From Octopus sinensis (taxonomy: Eukaryota), in assembly GCF_006345805.1 (NCBI RefSeq), contig NC_043003.1:87854001-87918000 (forward strand): DNA of 64,000 nucleotides, written 5' to 3'. The position numbers and the translations under genes were made by a program. A model generated the notes under the pieces. That model made no database searches, was not told the DNA's origin, and was given only the letters and a program-made list of their open reading frames with translations. Below, piece after piece: positions 49,423-61,364 of the stretch; position 1 is the stretch's first letter, and each line of letters opens with the position of its first letter.

Positions 49423-51774
49423 AGTAAACGTCGGTGCAGTCAGAGGAAATCAAGATCACCAGAATTTACCAAATTAACCACTAAGAAGATAAATGTAAAA
49501 TCTGAAGATCAAGAAGTTGTGTCAAAGACAAAATCACACAAAGATCCTGGTAAAATTTCAGAATCTGTTTCAGCAGAACTAGTTACTCCAAGAACCCTTC
49601 GTAAAAAAGCATGTTTAATGATGAAAGAGACATTTAATATGATAAAAACTGTTGAAAATAATAACACCAATAAATCTGAACATACATGTGAAGCGACTCC
49701 CTCAGAAGTGAAATGTAGAGAATTTGACAAGGATACATTAATTCAAAAGACAAGAGCCTCTAATTTGGCTAATATAGATAGTCTTCAAACTAAAGAAACA
49801 CTATCAAAGAAGTTTACCCCAAGACGATTAACACGTCAGTCAGCTAGATTTGCTTCAGTAAGCACTTCCACAGTTTTTAAAAGTCCACTAAAGGTTCATA
49901 TGCAAGAACCCATGGCTTTAATTGATGATGTGAAAAATGTTGATGCAGTTCTAAATTCTGAAGCTGCACAAACAGAGAATGATGTATCAACTGAAGTGAA
50001 ATCTAAGCGAGAAACAAATATCCTTTGTCCAGAGGAAAAATTTCAAGATTCAGACATTACTAAAGTTGATAATCTTCAAAGTGATCAAACCACACCTGAA
50101 GAGAAAGATATCAAAAACCAGTCAACTCGAAAATCAGCTATAAAAGCTTCAGAAAATATAAGTAGCTTCCTAAGAAGTCCAGGGAAAATGGGTACTAAAC
50201 GGCAATGTCTAAACAGTACTCAAGTAGTACAAAGTGATAGTAATGAGGCTGTACTAGAAAATAAAAGTCAGGTTGTTGAAATGGAACTAAAACAAGATAC
50301 AGAGACTATCCCTTCAGTTCAAAAAGTTCAAGATTCTGGTGAAACTGATATTAATAAACTCCAAATTGAAGATGCTTCATCAAAAGAGTTTGGCACTCCA
50401 AGACGGTTAACTCGAAAATCAGTTATTAATGCTTCAGAAAATATTATCATCACTGCTAGTGTCCCTGTAATAAGCCCAAGAAAGACAAGAGCTACAATGA
50501 AGAGCTCAGTAAAGGCTCGTATTTCTGTGTCCTCAGATAAGGCTGGTGCTGCTTTGAAGAGTCCAGAGAAGGCTAGCATTCCCTTAAAGAGCCCAAGGAA
50601 GGCTAGTACTGACTTGAAGAGCCCGGGGAAAGCTAGTGCTCTAGTTAAAAACTCAGGAAAGAGTAGTGCTCTCTTGAGCCTAGAAGCTTGCAATCCTGTA
50701 GAGAGTCCACAAGAGGCTAATATACCTGTGGAGAGCCTGGAAGTGACCACTGCTCTTGTTGGGAGTCTGGAAGCGACCACTGTTCTTGCTGGGAGTTCGG
50801 AAGCAACTGGTGCTCCTGTGGAGAGTCTGGAAGCGACCGGTGCTCCTGTGCAGAGTCTGGAAGCGACCGGTGCTCCTGTGCAGAGTCTGGAAGCGACCGG
50901 TGCTCCTGTGCAGAGTCTGGAAGCGACCGGTGCTCCTGTGCAGAGTCTGGAAGCGACCGGTGCTCCTGTGCAGAGTCTGGAAGCGACCGGTGCTCCTGTG
51001 CAGAGTCTGGAAGCGACCGGTGCTCCTGTGCAGAGTCTGGAAGCGACCGGTGCTCCTGTGCAGAGTCTGGAAGCGACCGGTGCTCCTGTGCAGAGTCTGG
51101 AAGCGACCGGTGCTCCTGTGCAGAGTCTGGAAGCGACCGGTGCTCCTGTGCAGAGTCTGGAAGCGACCGGTGCTCCTGTGCAGAGTCTGGAAGCGACCGG
51201 TGCTCCTGTGCAGAGTCTGGAAGCGACCGGTGCTCCTGTGCAGAGTCTGGAAGCGACCGGTGCTCCTGTGCAGAGTCTGGAAGCGGCCGGTGCTCCTGTG
51301 CAGAGTCTGGAAGCGGCCGGTGCTCCTGTGGAGAGTCTGGAAGCGGCCGGTGCTCCTGTGGAGAGTCTGGAAGCGGCCGGTGCTCCTGTGGAGAGTCTGG
51401 AAGCGGCCGGTGCTCCTGTGGAGAGTCTGGAAGCTACCGGTGATCCTGTAGAGAGTCTGGAAACCACCTGTGATCCTGTGGAGAGTCTGGAAACGACCAG
51501 TGCTTTTGTAGAGAACTCAGCAAGGGCTAATACAAAATTGTCTAAAGTGATTGAATCTTTGAGTAATAAAAAATGTGTTTTAGTTTTAGATTCTGAAGAA
51601 ATAAGAAATTCAAGTCTTGGGAAATCAACAGAAAATTCTAATCAGTTTGTTATGTCACAGTCAGCAGGAGAGGACAACACATCTGCTAAATCAATCAGTA
51701 AAACAGATATTAGTAAACTGGAGAATAGAGAAGATACTGGAAATAAAATGGACCAAGAAACTGCTCTTGAAACT
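49423..51774 (+). CDS. Large exon (784 codons) of an unidentified S/T/K/E-rich, probably disordered nuclear protein, with S/T-P-x-K/R sites and a 10-aa tandem repeat
   Basis: TTACAG acceptor at 49421-49422. The frame is open from 49423 (SKRRCSQRKSRSPEF...) through the 775-aa ORF. ACT|GTGAGT donor at 51775; unspliced, the frame stops at 51844-51846. A frame this long without stops in AT-rich DNA indicates real coding. Confidence 0.85.
50701..51510 (+). repeat. Coding 30-bp tandem repeat (CAGAGTCTGGAAGCGACCGGTGCTCCTGTG; QSLEATGAPV)
   Basis: 14 identical copies at 50851-51270, then two Q..A copies, three E..A copies, and degenerate copies on both flanks (27 units in 50701-51510). Confidence 0.98.
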
Positions 51775-52039
51775 GTGAGTAAACCAGATCTTACTTTTGA
51801 AATAACACAGACAAATAATTTAAGAAGTGTTGGGGCCGAAAACTAGTAAAAGCTTAGATGGAAATATTAGTTTAGTAAATAGCTTGCATGTATATTTACC
51901 TAATACTAACAAATATGAATCTTAACCAGGTCAGTCAAATTTCAATTGGCACTCCATTTAACAAAACTATCCACTCTCTCTGAGGCGAAAGAAACGTTAA
52001 GAATATCTCAAATAATATCAAAAATTGACACAAATAATA

Positions 52040-54011
52040 GAAAGTTAAAACTAAGTAAATTTTAAAAATATTTATACAATCTAATTATACATATATACAA
52101 ACAATATTTACACTATATTTCTATCATGGAAAGTTGTAAAACATCCCACTCTACATACTGCAACCTTGCAGAATGCACATTGGAAGGACATTTCAACTGG
52201 CCGTCCACTGGGGGTTTTTCTTTGTTGATGTAGACATTCATGGCACTGCCTTTTGCAACCCCCGATTTTTTTCTAATTTATGTAGATTGGCTGAACTCAG
52301 AGGAATATCTCTCTGGCAGGTTTTGCTTTTCCTTCCTGCAGTTATTTTTTTTTAGGAATAACCTACTCTCAACTGCGTTGCTACATCTGCCCGGAACTGC
52401 AGATGGTCGCACCGCTTGCGAACCCCTCCTGATTTGGTATATAATATAAATGCATTTACAATGCTCATGTTTACTATATACCAAACCAGGTATCGCCACC
52501 ATTTATTACCCGGTCTACCAACCGGATAATAACTCATCATCCGGTTCAGCTGATCCACACCGCCCATGTACCTGTTATAATCAAGGTTCACAAACGGAGT
52601 GCCATTTTCATCTATACATGGTTGTGCACTGGTAGATAGAAAATTTATCTGCCTCTTATCTCTGTTTGCGGTCGCTAGTAGATTTCCTTTCTGCAGTTGG
52701 ATTATTTCACCTCTTTTTTTTAATTTTGCTTTTTTTATATCCCTTTTCTACTAGCAATTACTGTAGAATACGTCTACGTTGCCATAGCTTCTAAATCCAC
52801 CGCAAGTTTGACCGAACTAAAAAATCAGTCAAAACATGGTTATGGTATGGAAGAGATAAATTCCAAACCACATTGTATCCTAGGCCGTGCTGACTAACAT
52901 TATTTTCTCTTTTTCCAGTGTAGAAGCTAAATCCACAGCAGTACCCAGTATTTGCTTCACATATTTTCCAAACTTTGATCCCCCATTTTGTGGGCTTTCC
53001 TGGCATATATTGTCAGAAGCGTACCCTTCCTTTATACCCCACCATTCCCTCATCGACAGATAAATACCTTCCAGGGTTGTAAAATGTTTTATATGCATTT
53101 TGAACACCGTCATTGAGGGGTCTTATTTTAAATAAGGGATCAAAGTGTGGTTCTCCACGTACTGGAGTACTGTTAGTGTCTCTCACGTGTAAATATTGGT
53201 TTAGTTTTATAAATCTTATTCTGGTCATTATACTGGAAACATATTGATTGCCAAAAGGTTCCTGTTTGCTCCAGTAATTTGTAATTCTGGGTAACTGCCT
53301 TATACCCATATGGCAAAAAATGCCCACATTTTGTCTACGGTTGTTGGGTACCACAAGCTATCTTTTTTTCCAGCTTGTTTACATTCTGCGTAACGATTTG
53401 TTTCCGCAGCGATTGCTTCAAACAAGCATGCTGGAAAAAAATAAAAAGAAAAAGTATATTGGTTTCGCTTTCTGAGAAAGACTATGGGTAGACCCTGTCT
53501 CCTCAGAAAAATTGTTAATATACACTTTTTTTAACTTATTACTCCATTCTGGTGTAAAATAATCCTTGTTGTCTATGTCGCTGCTTTCAGTTTCTTCTGA
53601 ATCACTTTTGGATACAGAAATATCCGATTCAAATTCATCCACCACGTGCTTTTCTACTTCATCCATTCTTCTCCTCGAAATCTCCATATCTTCAGTCGAA
53701 AAACCTTCAAATTCGGAGTCACTGCTTGATAGCATAAAACTCCTCTCCATTTTCAAAGTTGAAAAAAATTACTGTCGATAAAAATGTAGAAAAAAAATCT
53801 TCCAAAATTCACTGAGTTCAAATATCACGCCAAACAATGTCGGATACAATAACTCAACTGTTAGCAAAGTGAAATCACGTGTTTTAACGAATGTGCCAAT
53901 GAGATTTGGGTTCAAATTTACATTTAAATAACAATATGTTCTCTCGGCCAGGTACAGCCAGGTTGGTTTTATGAACCAAAAAATTTTTGGGCCGGGTTAG
54001 TAACGAAAGGG
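52040..54011 (-). mobile_element. piggyBac (PGBD4-like) transposase copy, frameshifted; only the 5' TIR found
   Basis: Terminus TTAA|CCCTTTCGTTACT at 54015-53999. Motifs LSVDEGM, KPTKWGIK, YMGGVDQL and KWWRYL. C-terminal Cys-rich domain CHEC..CAFCKVAVCRVGCFTTFH. Confidence 0.9.
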
Positions 54012-54617
54012 TTAACAAATTCTGTCTGACATGGAATTTGTCTGGTATGAAAGAGTGGATATTAAATGATGATGAAACTATTTACGTTCAGAGGTGAAAC
54101 ATGTATGATTATGTGAGAGTGACAAAGAGCAAACTCTGAGACACTGTCTTCACAAAAGCTGCTTTATAGTTCTTTTATATATATACCTTATAATGTAGAA
54201 GCAAAATGGTCAAATTCACTTGGTATTGAATACTTATACATTTGAAATTAAATCTCTTATAGAAGTTTTTGTTTATTTTTCACTGTACAATTTTAAAACT
54301 ATCTTTGCATATTTGGATGCTAGATCTTCTGGCAGTGTTTGCTTTAAAAGTTAAGTATTAATTTTAGAAAATGAAAAGATTTATGATCAGCTTAATAAGT
54401 AACTGGAATTAATTCCTTACTCCCCATTGTTAGTGATGGTAGTAGAGATATATGCATTAAATTTGGAAATCCTGTTTTCACCAGATTTTCAAACAAATAA
54501 ATTAGTGCAGAAATATTAAAATTATCATTTTAATAAAAAAAAAACTACAATAACAATTATATAATTTCTGTTTTGTTTGTTTTTTTCATTTCTTAAAAAA
54601 TAAAATTGAATTTGAAG

Positions 54618-54660
54618 CCTTTACAAACAGTGAGTTTTGGGAATGCGGAAGAATCTAAAG
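54618..54660 (+). CDS. Small exon of the plus-strand gene (PLQTVSFGNAEESK)
   Basis: Clear AAG|GTAAG donor at 54661. The acceptor is ambiguous: GAAG| at 54617 gives phase 0, matching the 51775 donor; ACAG| at 54630 gives phase 1. Ends in phase 1. Confidence 0.55.
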
Positions 54661-55509
54661 GTAAGAAATGCTTTACTTTAAGGATTAACCTTCAAATTAA
54701 ATATCAAATATTGATTTTGTGTTGACAGCTACAAAAATACAAATTTTTCAAACATATTATCACACACACATATATATTAAATAGAAAATGGAGAAATATT
54801 GATCAACAACAATTGACTTACATCAATTATTATTTTTTAATTCAATACAAATAGACTGTATCCCATCTAACAGCTGCTTCTGCTTCAAATATTATATGGT
54901 ATTGCTATTGATATTCTAAAAATAATATCATATTTGGCAATAAAACCGATCTGGAACATGGAGCTTCATCAGAGTGAAGAAAAATACATACATAAAAGAA
55001 AAGGAGAGACTAGAAGGGAAAAGAAAGGCTGAATATGTTTAAATCATACCATTTTGCTTATGTGTCACTTTGGGATGTTGAGTAAATGACAACTTTTTCC
55101 TCTCACACCGTCTCCGATGAAGGGATATTTTTAATTAATATCCTAGAAACAGCTGTAAGACCTTCTATCTATAAATGCTCTAGTTTAATGCAATCAGGCA
55201 CTATAACTTTGAGTTGTGTTAAAAACCATACTGTCACGAGGAGGAAGTTTTTAAGCTTTTTAAGAAATGTTTCGTTCTTATAGTATAAAAATGCTGAAGA
55301 AATTGTTCTTTTCTAAATAAAAATTAATAATAAATTTTCACTTATATTTTGTAATTATCTGACCTACCCCCATCAAATTCTGTATTAAAATAATGCAAAA
55401 ACATTCATCTAAATAAGTATATATTGATATGTATATGTACTGGTGGTGCTCCAGCAGAATCACAGCATTAGGGTTGACACATAAAAGAGTATGTAGGTAT
55501 ATATTCTTT

Positions 55510-55900
55510 TATTCATCTTTTTCTTTTACTTGTTTCAGTCATTTGACTGCGGCCATGCTGGGGCACTACCTTTTTGTAGAGCAAATCATCCCCAGGACTT
55601 ATTCTTTGTAAGACTAGCACTTATTCTGTCGATTTCTTTTTGTCGAGCCGCTAAGTTACAGGGGACGTAAACACACCAGCATCACATGTCAAGCGATGTT
55701 GGTGGGACAAACACAGGCACACAAACACGCAGACACACACGCACACATATATATACATATATACGACGGGCTTCTTTCTGTTTCCGTCTATCAAATCCAC
55801 TCACAAGGCTTTGGTCAGTCCGAGGCTATAGTAGAAGACACTTGCCCAAGTAAGCTACTTACCACACTTGCCAAGTAAGCTACTTACCACACAGCCACTC
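55510..55900 (-). mobile_element. Two adjacent tRNA-derived SINE copies (about 55510-55710 and 55760-55900)
   Basis: First copy has the tail CTTTTACTTGTTTCAGTCATTTGACTGCGGCCATGCTGG. Second copy has the head (minus) GGAGTGGCTGTGTGGTAAGTAGCTT, shared with 44526-44563, and an internal tandem duplication of about 25 bp. Confidence 0.7.
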
Positions 55901-56464
55901 CAATATATTTATTTACGGTGATCTATATGGAAACATCATCATCATTTAATGTCCATTTTCCATGCTGGCATGGGTTGGACAATTTGACATGAGCTGGCTA
56001 GTTAGTAGACTGCACTAGGCTTCAGTGTCTGTTTTGAAATGATTTTAGGGCTGGATGCCCTTTCTGACACCAATCACCTTACTGAGTGCTTGAAAATTTC
56101 TTCTATGTTATGTTCTAAATATACTTATTTTAATAAATTTTTTATTTTCAAAATTTATTGAAATAAGGCCAATGTATTTGAGGAAAAATATGGCAACAAA
56201 TGGATTTAAATTGCTTTTTGTTCTTTTTTATTTAGGTTTATTTGAAAACTCCTCTTTGTAATTGTTGACCAAGTTTGCATCAGTGTTTTTATTTTATCTA
56301 ATATACAATTTTTATTCTTGTTGGCCAGGTGTTTCACCAAAGAATGGCCTTCAAGTAAAAGTACTAAAAACCAAGAAAAGAAGAAAGTCATTTACACCAG
56401 AAGTAGTGAAAAATGATAGTAAGTGTAACTAAATCATCTTCCATTAGATATTAATATCCTTGCC

Positions 56465-56672
56465 TTTAAGGCAGAAATGTTAGTACACCAGGCGAAATGC
56501 TTAGCAGTATTTTACCTGTTTTTATGTCCTGAGATCAAATTTCACCAAGGTTAACTTTGCTTTTCATCCTTTCAGGTTCGATAAATTAAGTACCAGTTCC
56601 ATACAGGGGTCAATCTAATCGACTGGCCCCTTCTCCTAAAATTTCAGGCCTTGTACCTAGAGTAGAAAAGAA
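56465..56672 (+). mobile_element. tRNA-derived SINE
   Basis: GGCAGAAATGTTAGTACACCAGGCGAAATGC..GAGATCAAATT head, then TCGATAAATTAAGTACCAG..GGGGTCAATCTAATCGACT body, recognised from recollection of octopus SINE consensus. Confidence 0.65.
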
Positions 56673-59600
56673 TATCCTTGCCTTTGTCAGAATTTGAAAT
56701 ATATATTATTGCTTCTGTCTTCCAGTTGGCTCTTTGTAGTCTTGGAATTGGAAAAGAATCTGTGGCCATCAAGTTATCACTAGTCTATTGTTGAAGGATA
56801 GGGCTCCATGCTGTCACTAGACCTGCTAGAAATAGCACCATAATCTTCATCAAATTTCACATTATCTTTCTTTAGAATTAACATGTCAGATAATTATAGA
56901 ATTAACACATGAGATAATTATATCTATGAAAAAAATGCTGGTGAAACACGTTTTGATATCGAAGTGGACATTAACTATTTCATTACTAACCTGCCTGAAA
57001 ACTTTTTGGAGCTTGTGTTACTAAACTGCACAAGGCTTCCCAAAATGACATATTCATGTTTCAGCGTGAATTTCAGCACACATCTCATTAGTGAAAACAC
57101 TTGATTTCATGATGTAAACAGTTGAGTTACACTGTCCAACATTATTTGCTGTGAAATTTGAGTTCAGAGAAATTTTGGAGGCATTTTCCTGTGTTTTCAA
57201 TTCAATTTTCTGAAATATTTCACTATGGATGATAAATAGATACCAGTTTCATGTTGTCAAGCAGCAAATTTGAATTCAAAAGGTTTTTGACAGACAAAAA
57301 TGTAGCAGAATGTAATGCAAACATAAAAATCATGTTTGTGATGACGAATCTCATATTTTTATTTCTGAAAATGAAATTATTCTGACAACAGTTCCAACAG
57401 GGTGATAAAAAAGAAACATAAATTTGTACCTGAATGTAGTAAGAATTTGAAAACGTTTTTTTAGTCATCTGTAGGAAGAGATTAGATGTAGCCAGTCTTT
57501 CCAAGGAAAGAAAACTGGTTTTCACTTTTACCTTCGATACAATTACTGTGGAAACAAGTTGTTATACAGAATGTAAAGAAAGTGGGGAAAAAGATAGTTT
57601 CTGGTCTTCTACATGCATGGAAAAGAAATCTGATCATTTTTAGGAATATTATGTGTATGTGTGTATGTTTATATCTTTTACTTGTTTCAGCCATTAGGCT
57701 GCAGCCATGCATATATATATATAAAATTTGGTTTATAAATATTGTTTTCAAATTTACCTCTTTGTTTTTATATATTTACCTTTAATATTAATTTATGTGT
57801 AAGGTGTGTTAAATTCTGATTTTTATTTTAAACTAGTAGGGATACCCGGCATTGCCCATGTCACATGGAATTGAAGAATTAGACTTTTCTTTTATATTTT
57901 CTCTAATGAACTGGAATACCTATGATTCGAATTTCATCAAAATTGGAGATTAAGAATTTTAATGAAGGTTCTTTCCTTCTTTACACACCCTAAGAAAAAT
58001 TCTAATTATATCTAATTCTATTCCATACTTCTCATCTTTATGCCCAGATTCCAAAATCCAAATCTTATAAAACCTATTCAAACGTTTTTACTCCTGAAAA
58101 ATGGAGCTCTAAAATGTGGGAGTTAAGGCCCCTATTAGGGGTGGGGTGTCTTAAAGTCAACCAGAGAAGTTGAATTGTTGGGAATCTTTTTTAACTTGTG
58201 TCTTATATCCATTGTACAAATTTGAAATCGGAAATATATGAATGTTCACTGAGTTTACAAAAGAGAGCAAAGCTAAAGGAAAGCAAATGACAAATGATCA
58301 CAATAAGCAGTCTACCTACCCTAGTCGTTACCACTCACCAATGTAGGATTCCTCACAATATAGATTACCGGCACAGTTGTAAGATGCATTACAGATCTAT
58401 AGCAATTGGAAGGGCGTGACCCAACTCAAATAAACATTAACAACTGACCTTTTTTTTTTCCTGACAGTTTCCATTGAAGTACACTTCAGTGCTTTCTTTT
58501 TCGTGTTTTAGTTTTTGGTGCTGAAGCATTAAGAACTTCTTATACTCTTCAATTTTCATCTGTTCCAAAGCATCTAAATGAGCTATGTCAAAGAGATCAT
58601 CCATCATTTTTATAAAAAGTTCTCTTTTTCCTTGTCTGCAGTTCTAAACAAAACGAACGAGTGCTTACAAGCTATTACAAATAAATCTACAAAATATTTA
58701 TGAAAAGAGCAGACGTTGTCTCACAAGCAGTTATGCAGGCAAAAGTGTTAGTAAATGGTTGGATTGACCTGAAAATTTGCACACTTATCTTAAAAGTGCT
58801 TTAAAATGGAGCCCCGAATAAAATCGAGTTATAATACTAGTTAACTTATATTTACAAATGTGGACAAGTCATATTAGTTCACTGTTTATCACTGACATAT
58901 ATTTCTTAATATTTTATTTCTCTACAGAGTGGTTGGCATTAAAAAGGGCATCCAGCCATAAAAAACAATGCTAAATCAGGTTGGAGCCTGGCGCAGCCTT
59001 CCAGTGTGCCAGCCCAATCAAACTGTCCAAACCATGCCAGCATGGATAATGGACGTTAAAAACAAGTGTTTGCCCTATACCTGCGCTCTGTCCCCACTTT
59101 GCAAGTTTCCTTCCCCATTATATTTATTGTCACTTATCCTTCTATTACCAAGAATAACTCTGAATAAGTTTTTAATTTAAGAGAAAATTATATGAGATAA
59201 AAAGTTTTTTTCTGAAAAAATGACTTTCTGGGCAAAAACTTCAAAATTTCACGGTCGATAAGGGTCACCTTGCTGTTGTTTGTTTCAGCTAAAATTTTGC
59301 ATAGATTTTTTTTTTTTTCTTTGCTAAGGGTGGTGGGAGCTAAACTTTTAGAAAGTTTGACTTGCGAAAGTAGTCTTGATGGAAGGTTCTATTTCTGATA
59401 TATGAGAAAATTTGGATGCCCTTGTCACTTACCTGTTTTTCAGTTCAAGGATCTTTTATTTCACTCAGTTTTGAAAGTACAAAACCAACAATTAGTTTGT
59501 TAACAGTAGAAATGGCAATAAACTTGTTTGTAGCTCATGAATTTCAGAGAATTTCAGTGACTTCTTTCAGTTTCTGACTATCAAATCTACAAATCCACTC

Positions 59601-59938
59601 AAGGTTTTAATCTTTCTGGGGCTTTTGTAGAAGGTATTTGCCCAAGATGTCATACAGTGGGACAGAATCCTTAATCATGTGGTTGAGAAGTGGACTTCTT
59701 AACGACACAATTATACCTGAAGATATGCAATAAATAACCTGATATCCAGTGAAAGGTGAAAGTTATTCGTTTTCCCCAGGGCATTGAAAACCAAGATTGT
59801 TAGGTCTCAACAACATTTGTCAATAATTAGGCACTAAATGAAAAGAAGAGAAAAATTATTCGCCTTCACCAAAACTATTTAAAAATAATATTAATGAAGT
59901 ATAATGGTATTTTCTCACTGATACATTCTTTCATATAG

Positions 59939-60055
59939 AGACAGAATATCCTGCTCAAGACATGAACAAACCATCAAAAACAAAGAAAGAAGGAAAAGAA
60001 GATTCAAAAGAAAACAAAAGTTTGAAGAGGAAATTGATTGCTCAAGATGCTGATG
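59939..60055 (+). CDS. Exon of the plus-strand gene ((E)TEYPAQDMNKPSKTKKEGKEDSKENKSLKRKLIAQDAD)
   Basis: Pyrimidine tract with TAG acceptor (alternative CAG 6 nt downstream, same frame) and G|GTATG donor. Phase 1/1, open, K/E-rich like the large exon. Confidence 0.72.
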
Positions 60056-61310
60056 GTATGTTTACATTGCAGTAACCGTCTACATAATGTTTACAATGAA
60101 AACTTGTAAGATCTACGTATTAGGTGAGGTGTCTAAAATTTCTGATATCTATTGTTACATAGTTGCCAACTTAGACAAATGACTGAAATATCTGGCACCT
60201 TACTGCGCCTGAGAAAACTCATGCATCACAACAGAATTGATGTCCTAAAACCACATCAGTAAATGCTTGAATGTGCAATGCTTGCCTCCATTCTCACTGG
60301 CTCGTCAAGCTCCCTACACATCTCATTCTCAAACACTTGTCACTTCATCTCTTACCTTCAATTTCTAGTTACCTCTATCCTGTCTAACCATCTCACATTA
60401 TGAAATTTCTCTCTCTGTCTAATCCTTTATATCACTTCACCTATATTCACTACTCCACTGTACCTTGAGGTTATGTTCTAACATATCCACCACTATCTCT
60501 CTCTCTTTCTCTCCATCTCTAATTTTCTTTTTGTCCCCTTTTCCTTTCTTCTCCAACTGGGGTGTCTTTGTATCTCTTCTAAAAGACACCTATTTCTATT
60601 CCTCTATATTTTAACTTCTCATCCACTGCTACATAAATTGCCTCCCTCAATACTACTCCCTTAGTTAAGGAAACTTTGTTTTGCATGTCAGTTGGTGATC
60701 TCACCAGTGCTGGTGCTGCAAAAAAGCCCCCAGTATATTCTGTTAAGTGGTTGTCACTACAAAGGGCATCCAGCTATAGAAGCCATGCCAAAACACACAG
60801 TGAAGCTTGACTTACTTCTCCATCTTGCCAGCTCTTGTCAAACCATCCATGCCAGCAATAGAGAATGGGCATCAAATGATGATGAAAGATAATGATGTAG
60901 ACAGACCTGATGTAAGAGACTGTCTTTGCAGCTAAATATATACAAACATTATTCTGTGGTTTGATGTTTGTCCATTTCAGGTTACCAGTGATTACTAAAT
61001 TCCAGTAAATTTTGTAAATTGAAGGTGATGAATAAATGATCATTTTGGTGTTTCATCATTAAAATTGCTGCACAGAACATTGCCCTTGTCTTAGTCATGT
61101 GTTCTCTTGTGACTAAGATCTTGAGAGCTAAAGTTTTCTCTTGCCATAAATTATCTTTCACTATCAGCTAAAGACATTTCTTAACTAAAAATTCCTCTTC
61201 CAATCACAGTCTTATCTTCACTTTCAGAATCTACTTTTTATTAATTATTGTTATTTTTGAACAATGTGAATTTGAAATTTATTTTAATTTGCTCTCTATT
61301 GTTCATTTAG

Positions 61311-61364
61311 AAAATGTCTCTATAGAAACATCCAGTAAGACTAAAAAGAAAAGAACATCTAAAG
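61311..61364 (+). CDS. Exon of the plus-strand gene ((E)NVSIETSSKTKKKRTSK)
   Basis: TTCATTTAG acceptor and AAG|GTAAGT donor. 54 nt, phase 1/1. Contains a basic NLS-like KKKR. Confidence 0.72.

Noticed and set aside
50821-51420. CRISPR-like appearance of 30-bp repeats
   Set aside because: Head-to-tail repeats with no unique spacers, inside a eukaryotic coding exon, and no cas genes.
50328-51467. 379-aa antisense ORF and 231-aa +2-frame ORF over the tandem repeat; the unit has no stop in any of six frames
   Set aside because: One GC-rich stop-free 30-mer repeated many times produces long ORFs automatically. Only the +1 frame extends far beyond the repeat and has splice sites.
51850-52040. 3' TIR of the second piggyBac
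   Set aside because: No TTAA-CCCTTTC-like end was found in this interval, so the copy is treated as 3'-truncated.
33397-61364. Assigning the symbol DNTTIP2 to the plus-strand gene
   Set aside because: Based only on an MVxxTRS start and exon architecture. The diagnostic Fcf2 domain is not in the window.
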